From the NCBI GenBank assembly GCA_017937765.1, contig JAGBCY010000003.1, forward strand, positions 40,550 to 104,549: a stretch of DNA of 64,000 nucleotides. Reading direction: 5' to 3'. This stretch comes from Alistipes sp. Its GTDB lineage: Bacteria > Bacteroidota > Bacteroidia > Bacteroidales > Rikenellaceae. Both the position numbers and the translations under genes were made by a program. The notes beneath the pieces were generated by a model. That model was not told where the DNA came from. It saw only the letters and a list, made by a program, of their open reading frames with translations, and made no database searches. This document shows, one piece after another, positions 48,063 to 56,807 of this stretch (its first letter is position 1; every line of letters starts with the position of its first letter).

Positions 48063-48914
48063 ATGACAAGAAAGTTTATTCTCTTCCTTGCCTCTATTTC
48101 GATTGCCACTGCGACAATGGCACAGGAAGTCGCATCGGATGCTCCTGCCGCACAACCCGCGGCACTTAGCACCGAGGAAAGCTACGGTGTTAAGTCGCTC
48201 TTCTGGTGGAGCGCAGGTGCTAACGTTGCGTCGAACTACCTGTGGCGCGGTTACGACCAGTCGTACTACGGTAATATGTTCGACCCCGCCATCCAGCCCA
48301 GCGTGACGCTCGGCTATGGCGATTTCTACGTCGACCTCTGGTATAACTTTTCTACCATCAGCACCTATCAGGAGCTCGATATGACCCTCGGCTACGAATA
48401 TAAGAACCTGTCGGTTACGGTCTACGATGTGTGGTGCGACTATGGTAAGGACTTCTGGCAGAACGACTTCCTCGATGATGAGAATCATAGCCTCACGGCA
48501 ACCATCGACTACACCTTCTTCGACCGCCTGCGTCTGCACTGGGGCACGACGTTCCTCCACTCTGACGACTGGCTCTTTAACGAGGATGGCTCAAAACGTC
48601 GTCGCGCCTTCTCGTCATACTTCGAGGTGGCATATACGCAGCCCATAAAAGACCTCTTCGATATCGAGATTCTTGCAGGTGCTTCACCCTGGACAGGCCC
48701 CTTCTGGTGTGCCGGCCCCCGCATCTGGCAGGATGGAGCCTACACCCTCGACTTCGATAACCTCCCCGAGGGCTTCAATGTTACAAACCTTAGCCTTACT
48801 CTTAGCCGTGAGTTTGAGGTGGGTTCTGCTACTATTCCCGTGAATCTCGGTTATACCTTTAACCCCACGTCGAAGAGGCATTATGCGCTTATTAAAACGG
48901 GCTTCAGCTTTTAA
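48063..48914 (+). CDS. Putative outer-membrane beta-barrel (TorF-like putative porin)
   Basis: Signal peptide; ANVASNYLWRG...PAIQPSVTLGY...ELDMTLGY; alternating aromatic strands; C-terminal GFSF. Confidence 0.65.
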   Translation: MTRKFILFLASISIATATMAQEVASDAPAAQPAALSTEESYGVKSLFWWSAGANVASNYLWRGYDQSYYGNMFDPAIQPSVTLGYGDFYVDLWYNFSTISTYQELDMTLGYEYKNLSVTVYDVWCDYGKDFWQNDFLDDENHSLTATIDYTFFDRLRLHWGTTFLHSDDWLFNEDGSKRRRAFSSYFEVAYTQPIKDLFDIEILAGASPWTGPFWCAGPRIWQDGAYTLDFDNLPEGFNVTNLSLTLSREFEVGSATIPVNLGYTFNPTSKRHYALIKTGFSF

Positions 48915-48952
48915 TTTCTTGTGATAAGCCGTAATCTACGGCCCCGAACCTC

Positions 48953-49002
48953 AGAGCCCCGAATGGGACATACTTAAGCGTATTTCCCATTCGGGGCTCT
49001 TT
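48953..49002 (+). terminator. Terminator after the pot operon
   Basis: AGAGCCCCGAATGGGA...TCCCATTCGGGGCTCT 16-bp stem followed by TTCATTT. Confidence 0.75.
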
Positions 49003-49230
49003 CATTTGGCACCACATCTCACTACTTCTGACAAGAAATTGGTAGTGCTTCCTATTATCCGCTCTTTCTCGTGTCGAGGCCAAATTAGACTCCTTCTCGC
49101 AAGAAATTTGGTAGATTGCGGCCCCTAACAAAAAATGCCATCAATGGGACGAAAGTCGAGTACTACCCATCGGTACCATTTTTGCCGAGAATTGTATCTC
49201 AATCCATCAACTCATACACTCTCCGAGATA

Positions 49231-49271
49231 CAGCAGCGGCGGGCAGGAAACGCTCCCATCCGCCGCTGTTG
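49231..49271 (-). terminator. Stem-loop ending the SusC/D locus
   Basis: CAGCGGCGG...CCGCCGCTG stem downstream of the last minus-strand gene. Confidence 0.55.
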
Positions 49272-49327
49272 GTACGTTATGCACGCCTCTTTTGTTGCGT
49301 GCGTTGTGCTTAATGTACTCGTTGCTA

Positions 49328-51796
49328 TTACTCCTCGGCCACAAACTCCTCGACGCCGAGGCCACCGGCAAAGTAGCTATGGATATTCACTCGGCCCTTA
49401 GTGTCGAGGATCACCATAACGATGATATCGCCGCCGTAGGTGCTGCTATACTTAAGCAGTGCCTCGTACTTGGGGTCAAACGAGTTCTCCAGGTCGTCGA
49501 CATACTTATATGCCCAGCCCTCCTTGACAATCTTATACGAGCCCTTGACCTTGCCTGTCTCGGCGTACTCCTCGAGGTTAGCCTTCACGCGGCTCTCGAT
49601 CTCCTCGGTCTTACAGCTTGCAAGGCGCATAAACCAAACCTTATCGACATTCGAGCTAAACTCCGTAGCCGTGAGCGTCACGTTCACACGCTCGTCCACC
49701 TCGCTGATATCCGAGGCTGTGAGTGTAGCTGTACCCGTGCCTGCGAAGCTGAGTGTGCCGTCGTCGATGATCTCCTCCATCGTCGTGTAGTACTCGGTGT
49801 CGAAGCCCGCGAGCTGTGCGACGCAGACCATCTCGCCAGCGAGACCCTCCGTATCCACGGCCGAGGCGTAGATGTAGTAGTTGTCGCCGGGGTGGTAGAT
49901 ATCTATCGTAGCTGTTGCCACGCCATTCTCGAGCGCATACTCCTCGCGGTAGTTCTGGTATGTGTCGGCATCCATCACGCCCTCCATATTGCCGGCATAG
50001 GCTGCGTGGTCGGCCGAGGGAGCTGCGTAGATGCGTACCTTCTCAGCGTTGCTGTCGGCCGTAACCTTCACCGTGAGGGTCTCGTGCGACTCCTGAGGCT
50101 CGATCGTGGCGGCCGTAATCTTTGCTACGCCCGAGAGCGAGGGGCGTGTCGTTGTGAAGTTAAGGAACTCAACCTCACCAATCTTACCATCCTTGATAGC
50201 TATGGCGTAGGCCACATAGTCGCTACCCACCTCCAGACGGTCGCCAAGCATTCGTGTGATGGGTGTGGTGTAGATCGAAGGCACGGCCTGAGCTACCGAC
50301 ACGATGTATGCCTCGATCTCGGCCTCGCTCTTACCCTCGAAGTCAAACGGATTCTCGGTGTCGGACATTGCGATTGCGGGGTCGATAAGGCCGATGAGCA
50401 TCTTACACTCATCCGTGGCCGATACCTTAGCGGTAGCCGAGTTATCGGTAATCTCAGCCATCTCGATGTCGATTGCGATGTTGCCATTGATCTCAGCCGC
50501 GGGAACTACGAACTCGGCAGTCGTTACGTTATAGTTACCATCCTTATCCTCGCCATACACGGCGATGGTGTACGACGTTCCGGGGATGAGGATGATGCCG
50601 GCGTTTATGTCGCTGTCGGTGCGAGAGTTACGCACGAGGTCCTGCTCCGAGAACGTACGGTTCTCGGTTGCCGAGTTAAATACGGCGAAGGGGTAGCTCG
50701 GATCGGGGTTAAGCGATGCCTGAACCTCGTCGATAAAGACGTTACGGTCGTAGGCCGAGGTGTGAACAGCACCCGCAACGTAGCGCACGCAGGCCTCGCT
50801 CTTCTCCACGAGGGCGTCCACGGTAAATGCCGTGAGGTTTGAGATGGTGATGTCGGCAACGTCGCCCAAGACGTAGAAGTCAACAATCTCCTCTGTGCCC
50901 TCGTTTAGGGCATTCTCCACGCGGAAGATGAACTGATACTCGGTGTCGTACTCCACCTTGTAGCTCACGGTCTTAGGCTCTGCGCCCTCGAACGTCTCGT
51001 ACTGCGCATCCAGAGCGTCGTCGTACTTACCCCAGTACCAGTGGTGGGTATCCTCCGAAGGTGTCACCTCGAAGCTCACGGTCATAGTCTCGTCGTCGAA
51101 GATAGGGTCGCCAACACGGAGCGTAGGGATCGTGGGTGCGAAGTAGCACTCCACGGTTACCATCTCGCTCGAAAGTGCGCCGCACTCGGCATAGGCGCGG
51201 ATGGTATAGGTCTTGCCCCACTCGTATGCAAAGCTGATCGCAGTCTCAGCATTACCCTCTACGCTGTTCCACGCGAGTGTCGAGTTATCGGTATCGGCCT
51301 CGTAGCTCTGCCAATGCCAAGCCGTCACCTCCTTTGAGGGGTAGATGGTGGCCTCGGCCATCATTGTCTCCTTGTTGAGCGTAACCTCGCCGATGCTGAG
51401 CGATACCTCGCCCTCGGGCATCGCGCAGAACTTCTTTGTTGCGACCTCCGACTTGCCAGCCTCGTTCTCGGCATATGCCGAGATGATGTACTCGCAGCCG
51501 TAGACAGCCTTGAACTCAATCTCCTTGACTTCTGCACCCTCGACCTTCGTGTATTCGGCAGGCTTGTCAGTACCCGAATTCGGAGTGTCGACACACCAGT
51601 ACCACGCCGTGGCATCCGACGATGGTGCAATCAGAACGGTGACATTCATCGTCTTGGCGTCGAACTCGGGCTCCATAATGCCTATCGTGGGGATCTCCAC
51701 GCGAGGTGTGACGCTAATGCTCTCCTCGCAGCCCCAAAGCGCGAGCGAGAGGGTGGCAGCTGTGATAACTGCCATAATGTTTCGTAATGTTCTCAT
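49328..51796 (-). CDS. Large acidic lipoprotein with tandem beta-sandwich repeats
   Basis: Lipobox ALWGC; repeats IAPSSDATAWYW / IYPSKEVTAWHW / VTPSEDTHHWYW; PGTSYTIAVYG. Confidence 0.75.
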   Translation of the reverse strand: MRTLRNIMAVITAATLSLALWGCEESISVTPRVEIPTIGIMEPEFDAKTMNVTVLIAPSSDATAWYWCVDTPNSGTDKPAEYTKVEGAEVKEIEFKAVYGCEYIISAYAENEAGKSEVATKKFCAMPEGEVSLSIGEVTLNKETMMAEATIYPSKEVTAWHWQSYEADTDNSTLAWNSVEGNAETAISFAYEWGKTYTIRAYAECGALSSEMVTVECYFAPTIPTLRVGDPIFDDETMTVSFEVTPSEDTHHWYWGKYDDALDAQYETFEGAEPKTVSYKVEYDTEYQFIFRVENALNEGTEEIVDFYVLGDVADITISNLTAFTVDALVEKSEACVRYVAGAVHTSAYDRNVFIDEVQASLNPDPSYPFAVFNSATENRTFSEQDLVRNSRTDSDINAGIILIPGTSYTIAVYGEDKDGNYNVTTAEFVVPAAEINGNIAIDIEMAEITDNSATAKVSATDECKMLIGLIDPAIAMSDTENPFDFEGKSEAEIEAYIVSVAQAVPSIYTTPITRMLGDRLEVGSDYVAYAIAIKDGKIGEVEFLNFTTTRPSLSGVAKITAATIEPQESHETLTVKVTADSNAEKVRIYAAPSADHAAYAGNMEGVMDADTYQNYREEYALENGVATATIDIYHPGDNYYIYASAVDTEGLAGEMVCVAQLAGFDTEYYTTMEEIIDDGTLSFAGTGTATLTASDISEVDERVNVTLTATEFSSNVDKVWFMRLASCKTEEIESRVKANLEEYAETGKVKGSYKIVKEGWAYKYVDDLENSFDPKYEALLKYSSTYGGDIIVMVILDTKGRVNIHSYFAGGLGVEEFVAEE

Positions 51797-51808
51797 ATAT
51801 GCGTTTTG

Positions 51809-52267
51809 TTAGTTTAATTCAGGTATCTCGTCGACCTTTGCGAAGGTGAAGGTGTCGTTTGTCGAGAGCGAATCCCAGCGCATCTCACGCCCAGGGGTGA
51901 ATATCGTTACGGCATACTTGTCGTTCCAGTCGCCCACGCCATAGTCGTAGCTGCCCGAGAGGATGTAGTCGCCATACTCGTTCTCCTCGATTGTGAATGT
52001 GCCGCTGTGCTTGTCGGCATACATCGACGCGAAGTTATCCCACATCTCGAAGCGACGCTCCGTGCGGTCGAAGTCGATGTAGCAATAGGTGCCCTCGCCG
52101 ATCTCCTCGCCGTTCCACGCGATAAGCTCCCAACTGCCGTCGAGTGTCGAGTAGCTAACCACCATACCTGGACTTATAACCTCGGGCGTTGCACCTCTGT
52201 CGCAGCCTCCGAGGAGTAGTGTTGTGGCCATCGCGACCAATGCAAAAATCTTTCTGATCTCTCTCAT
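51809..52267 (-). CDS. Lipocalin-like lipoprotein
   Basis: Start MREIRKIF...LLGGC; LDGSWELIAWNG (GxW motif), LSGSYDYGVGDW. Confidence 0.75.
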   Translation of the reverse strand: MREIRKIFALVAMATTLLLGGCDRGATPEVISPGMVVSYSTLDGSWELIAWNGEEIGEGTYCYIDFDRTERRFEMWDNFASMYADKHSGTFTIEENEYGDYILSGSYDYGVGDWNDKYAVTIFTPGREMRWDSLSTNDTFTFAKVDEIPELN

Positions 52268-52272
52268 AGATA

Positions 52273-53061
52273 TTATCTCTTTAACGTTATTCTTATTATC
52301 CTTGCCGCGGCAGATGCCTCCACGCCGTCGAGTATAACCATCGTTTCGATGTCGGTGGTAGGCTCCTTCGTTGGACGGTACTCGATGACTATATCGCCTT
52401 CGCTTCCTGCGGCCAACTCCTCGGGCTCGCATCTAAGTCTTAGGCCCTCCACCGTTGTGCGTGCCGAGATTCGTACGGGCGTCGTGCCGTTGTTGGCTAC
52501 GGCTATGCGCTCACGTCGTGTTGCTGTGGCGGTAACATCCTCTAACGTCACGCTCGTACGGCTCAGACGCAGCGCGCCTATGGCATAGGGCAGGTGTGTG
52601 AAGGGGTCCGTACGCTCGATCTCGCCCTTGAGCGTCAGTCGCTCGGTGGGGCTTGCGCTATCGAGCGAGGTGTATATGTTTATATCGTAGCTAAACACTC
52701 CGCTTCGTCCTCGAGGGTTAAACTCCGCACTGAGCACGTAACTTCCGCCTGCGGCTATCGTCGCCTGTGAGGAGAGGATGTGTAGGCAACTGCACGAGGC
52801 ACGAAGTTCGGTTAGTGTCGCCGGCTCGTCGTGGTTGTTGCGTAGCGTGAACTCCACTACGACGAGCTCGCTATCGCTTATCGTGCCCACGTCGATGGTC
52901 CTGCTATCTGCCCTAATAGTACCCTCGGCTCTATCCGATAGTGCGGGGCGAACGAGCGAGTCGAGTGCCGAGCGCGACAATATGGTCTGGGCCAATGCGG
53001 CGTCAGTCGCAACCACCAGCAGAAGTGCCGCCGAGGCGATATATCGAAGCGCGCGTAGCAT
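52273..53061 (-). CDS. DUF1573 domain-containing protein
   Basis: IDVGTI...FTLRN...RASCSC...FNPRGRSG; two Ig-like halves. Confidence 0.8.
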   Translation of the reverse strand: MLRALRYIASAALLLVVATDAALAQTILSRSALDSLVRPALSDRAEGTIRADSRTIDVGTISDSELVVVEFTLRNNHDEPATLTELRASCSCLHILSSQATIAAGGSYVLSAEFNPRGRSGVFSYDINIYTSLDSASPTERLTLKGEIERTDPFTHLPYAIGALRLSRTSVTLEDVTATATRRERIAVANNGTTPVRISARTTVEGLRLRCEPEELAAGSEGDIVIEYRPTKEPTTDIETMVILDGVEASAAARIIRITLKR

Positions 53062-53064
53062 AGC

Positions 53065-55107
53065 CTACAACCAGCCGTTATCCGAGGCTCCGCGGCGCAC
53101 GGTGATCGTGGCGCGCAGCTCCTTGCCGCCGCTGCACTTGAGCGTAAGAGTTGTCTGTCCTACGCTCTTGGCTTTGATAGTCAACGTGTTGCCATCGAGC
53201 GATGCCGTAGCAATATCGGTGTTGGCAACACTCGCGCTCGTCACACTCTCGGTTGTGTAGTCCGTGAGACGTAACGTAGTCTCGGCTTCGGGAGCGAGAT
53301 AGATGTTCGGCAGACGCATATCGCGACCACTGCCGTCGATGGCCTTAAGCAGCGCGCCAGCATCGGTCAGACGACCCATCTTACCACGATAATCCGCAAG
53401 GTTCATCTTGACGGCCACGGCACCAGCCGAGGTGTGGTTCATATAAAATAGCTTCTCGCCCACGAAGTAGTTGTCGATGTCGCGTGCCGTCTCATACATT
53501 AGCTCGCGATACTCCTCCGAGGTAAAGTGACGATGTTGCTGCTTGGCGTAGGCAAGACCGAGTGCCGCAACGCCCGAGACGTGGGGACACGCCATCGAGG
53601 TACCCTCGTAGTAGCCATAGCCCGCAACACCGTCGACGACGAGCGTCGAGAAGATGCTGCCCTGCTCGCAGAGGATGCCATTCTCGTCGTACGAGTCGTC
53701 CCTCTGTCCGGGAGTGCCGTAGTACTCCATATCGCCACCAGGGGCAGAGAGTAGCACCTCGCTACCGTAGTTCGAGTACGATGCGGGGGTGTAGTCGGCA
53801 GCGATGGCCGCAACCGAGATACACTTCGAGTAGGCAGCGGGGAACGACGACTGCGCGGCATACTCATTGCCCGAGGCAAATATCGCTAAGCCGCCGTCGA
53901 TGACGCCGTTAGGCGAGCCTGCGCAGTTGATGAAGTAGTCCAGTGCCTCCTTCTCCAAAGGGTATGTAGCGGCCCACTCCTCCTCAGTCGCAGGACCGGG
54001 CGTGTAGCCGAGAATAAGGTTCGACTTGGCGGAGTTGTAGCCCCACGAGCACTGCAGGATCACAGCTCCGTTGTCGGCGGCATACTTCATAGCGCGTGCC
54101 TCCATCGCAAGCGAACACGAGTTCATACCGTCGAAGAGCTGCAACGTCATAATCTTCACACCCTTCGAACCCTTGCCGCCACCGGCTATGCCAGCACAGC
54201 CAATGCCGTTGTCGTTCACCGCAGCGATTGTGCCCGCTACGTGGGTGCCGTGACCCGTGCTGCCGTTCGATGTCCACGACGTGATGCCGGTGTTACGCAC
54301 GAAGTTATAGCCGTAGCGGTCGTCGACATAGCCGTTACCATCGGCATCCTTGCCCGCGTGAAGCTCCTCGGCCTCGTTGATCCAGATGTTCTCTGCAAGG
54401 TCGGGATGACTCCACATAACTGCCTCATCCATAACGGCAACGATGATCTCCTCGTCGCCCGTGCAGAGTTCCCACGCCTCCTCGCAGCCAGCATCCGAAC
54501 CAGCCACAACGCCTGCCCACTCCTGAGCAAATGGCGCGCTACCGTCGTTAATGTAGCACCACTGGCGATACATCTCGGGGTCGTTGAATGGCATATCCGC
54601 CGTGCGTGTTGCGGGCGTACCAGCAGCCTCCGCACAGCTTATGAAGTGCGGCGTTGCCGTGGGGTTGTAGGCGCGGTAGATCTGGCGATTACACTGCAAC
54701 TTATCCACCTCGCCGAGCTTCGAGAGTCGCTCGAAGGCAAGCGCGAGATCCTCACCCTCGTCGAAGCGAACGAGATACCAGAGGTGCAATCCTACCTCGC
54801 GTGTGCGCTCCTCGTGGCGTATGTCAATAGGGAACACTCGCTCGAAGGAGTAGGCGTTGAGGATGTCCAGCACCTCGTCCGTCGAGGGTATGCCCGAGCG
54901 TGTGGCCTCGCCCCCGGAGCGCGTCATCGTCTCCTCGAGGATAGCCTCCATCTCGGGTGAGAACTTGATAATCACCTCACCTCGTGTGGCATCCGCGGGG
55001 ATAACGACCTCGGGCTCGCTCTCGATGCCTACGCGAAGATCGTCGGTCTCCTTAACACAGCCTATCGCCAAAAGGGCGGCGGCAATATATAAAACTCTTC
55101 TTCTCAT
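53065..55107 (-). CDS. S8 subtilisin-like serine protease lipoprotein
   Basis: Lipobox LAIGC; catalytic triad VAVMD, HGTHVAG, GTSMACPHVSG; oxyanion ASGN; DADGNGYVDD. Confidence 0.93.
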   Translation of the reverse strand: MRRRVLYIAAALLAIGCVKETDDLRVGIESEPEVVIPADATRGEVIIKFSPEMEAILEETMTRSGGEATRSGIPSTDEVLDILNAYSFERVFPIDIRHEERTREVGLHLWYLVRFDEGEDLALAFERLSKLGEVDKLQCNRQIYRAYNPTATPHFISCAEAAGTPATRTADMPFNDPEMYRQWCYINDGSAPFAQEWAGVVAGSDAGCEEAWELCTGDEEIIVAVMDEAVMWSHPDLAENIWINEAEELHAGKDADGNGYVDDRYGYNFVRNTGITSWTSNGSTGHGTHVAGTIAAVNDNGIGCAGIAGGGKGSKGVKIMTLQLFDGMNSCSLAMEARAMKYAADNGAVILQCSWGYNSAKSNLILGYTPGPATEEEWAATYPLEKEALDYFINCAGSPNGVIDGGLAIFASGNEYAAQSSFPAAYSKCISVAAIAADYTPASYSNYGSEVLLSAPGGDMEYYGTPGQRDDSYDENGILCEQGSIFSTLVVDGVAGYGYYEGTSMACPHVSGVAALGLAYAKQQHRHFTSEEYRELMYETARDIDNYFVGEKLFYMNHTSAGAVAVKMNLADYRGKMGRLTDAGALLKAIDGSGRDMRLPNIYLAPEAETTLRLTDYTTESVTSASVANTDIATASLDGNTLTIKAKSVGQTTLTLKCSGGKELRATITVRRGASDNGWL

Positions 55108-55109
55108 AG

Positions 55110-56795
55110 CTACTCAGTCATTTCATCGTTAAACTCGAAGCGGCCGCGCATAAGCGGGTACTTCTCGAAGTAATACTCCGGCGATGTAGGCTCGTTGTCG
55201 AATCCCACGACATCACCCTCGGTGTCTACGCCATTCTCCTGCTGCGGATAGACCAGAATCTCGGGAACCCACTCCAGTAGTCGCGGGTGATAGAGCAACC
55301 AGTCGGGTAGCGTGCCGCTCAGGAAGTTGAGGTTTATCCTCAGCACGCGGGCATTCGGAAGGATGCGCGGCAGGCCACTCTCAACAGCCCACAGGAGTGT
55401 GTCGCCACGCTCGGCAACGTCGGCTGCGGTGTAGGCTCTCACGCCCTCCTCGCCGGCCTTAAAGTCGGGTAGCGGGCCCTCGATGTAGTTGTACGATAGG
55501 GTCAGCTCTTCCAATGCCTCCCAAAGTAGCAGGCGACGGAGTGCCTCCTCCTCGTTAGTGTTGGTGTGTAGACCTATGCCATCTTCGTTTGCCGATTCGG
55601 CCTTGCGTAGGTCGCTAATCGAGGCACGGCGATTGCTGGCAAGGTTCAGCGACTTAAGGTGCGGGAAGTTCTCGGGAGTTAGCACCTCAGGTATGACGTT
55701 GAGGTTGTTGGAGTTAAGGTCGAGAGTCTCGAGCGTGTCGCCGAGACGTGCAAAGTTTCTTGGTAGCGACACGATACCGTAGGCCGCAATGCGCAAGCCC
55801 TTGAGGTACTCTAAGTCGCAGATCTCCTCACCCATCTCGATAGACTTAAGCATCGTATTCACGTTGCCGAAGAGCGAGAGTGTCTCGAGGTACTTCAGGT
55901 AGCGAATCTCCTGAGGTATGCCCTCCTCGGTGTTGAAATAGCTCAGATCGAGGTCGCGAACGCGGCCCACAGCCTCGGGTGCGGGTAGTGCCTCGTCGGT
56001 AGCCTCCCACAGACGCACGCAGTCCCAGCGGTGCATACCCTCGGTTGTTGATATGCCGTTATCGCTCCAGCACTCGAGCTTCTCGAAGATGGTGACTACG
56101 GCTAACGAATCACCCTGGCGGTTATCCTCGATAAGCGGGGCGGCCAACTGGCGGATGACGACGGTCGTAGGCTCCTCGATACCCTCGCCGCTAAGGTGTA
56201 GCTTAGCCACACGCTCGCGAGGCTCGGGGTTCATCTTCCACTCTACCTTTATACGCGTATCGCGCGGGCGCGCGCCACGGTCGAGCGTGAGTGTATGGTC
56301 GCCCACCTTGAGCCACTCATCATCGGAATCATATTCCGCAGTGACGTCGAATTCGACGTTGGAGTTAACCTCGATCTCGAACCAGCGGTCGGCACGCGTT
56401 GCCGAGGCGGCGATCTCGTGGCTCTCCTCCTTCGAGACGATGCTTCGAGCGTAGCCCTCCTGTGTTACAGCCACCTCGCGCAGTATCTCACCTGCCGACG
56501 AGAAGCGTATGTCGGTTGTGCGGCTGTCGTTGACAAGCGTAGAGTCAATCTTGATGATGCACTCAACGCTGCCGCGACCATTTGCCGGCGATATCATCAC
56601 CCAGGGCACGTCGCTGATGGCCATCCACTCCTTCGACGACTCGATGCGTAGCGTAAACTCGCCACCCTCGGGGCGTGCCTCGATTGACGCGCTGTCGGTC
56701 TCGAAGCCCGGCGTTATGGCGTTATCCTCCACACAGCCCCAGAGCATACCGAGAGCCGTGATTGACGATAGTAATATGATGTTTTTCAGTTTCAT
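55110..56795 (-). CDS. BACON plus leucine-rich-repeat lipoprotein
   Basis: Lipobox MLWGC; WMAISDVPWVMISPANGRG (BACON); LETLDLNSNNL and LEELTLSYN LRRs. Confidence 0.8.
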   Translation of the reverse strand: MKLKNIILLSSITALGMLWGCVEDNAITPGFETDSASIEARPEGGEFTLRIESSKEWMAISDVPWVMISPANGRGSVECIIKIDSTLVNDSRTTDIRFSSAGEILREVAVTQEGYARSIVSKEESHEIAASATRADRWFEIEVNSNVEFDVTAEYDSDDEWLKVGDHTLTLDRGARPRDTRIKVEWKMNPEPRERVAKLHLSGEGIEEPTTVVIRQLAAPLIEDNRQGDSLAVVTIFEKLECWSDNGISTTEGMHRWDCVRLWEATDEALPAPEAVGRVRDLDLSYFNTEEGIPQEIRYLKYLETLSLFGNVNTMLKSIEMGEEICDLEYLKGLRIAAYGIVSLPRNFARLGDTLETLDLNSNNLNVIPEVLTPENFPHLKSLNLASNRRASISDLRKAESANEDGIGLHTNTNEEEALRRLLLWEALEELTLSYNYIEGPLPDFKAGEEGVRAYTAADVAERGDTLLWAVESGLPRILPNARVLRINLNFLSGTLPDWLLYHPRLLEWVPEILVYPQQENGVDTEGDVVGFDNEPTSPEYYFEKYPLMRGRFEFNDEMTE

Positions 56796-56807
56796 AGACG
56801 ATGGTGT

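Noticed and set aside
49292-50842. 516-aa plus-strand ORF and other long antisense ORFs (e.g. 6340..7206, 12831..13835, 43657..44814, 59835..60944)
   Set aside because: Shadow frames opposite well-supported genes, expected from the codon bias; no recognisable motifs
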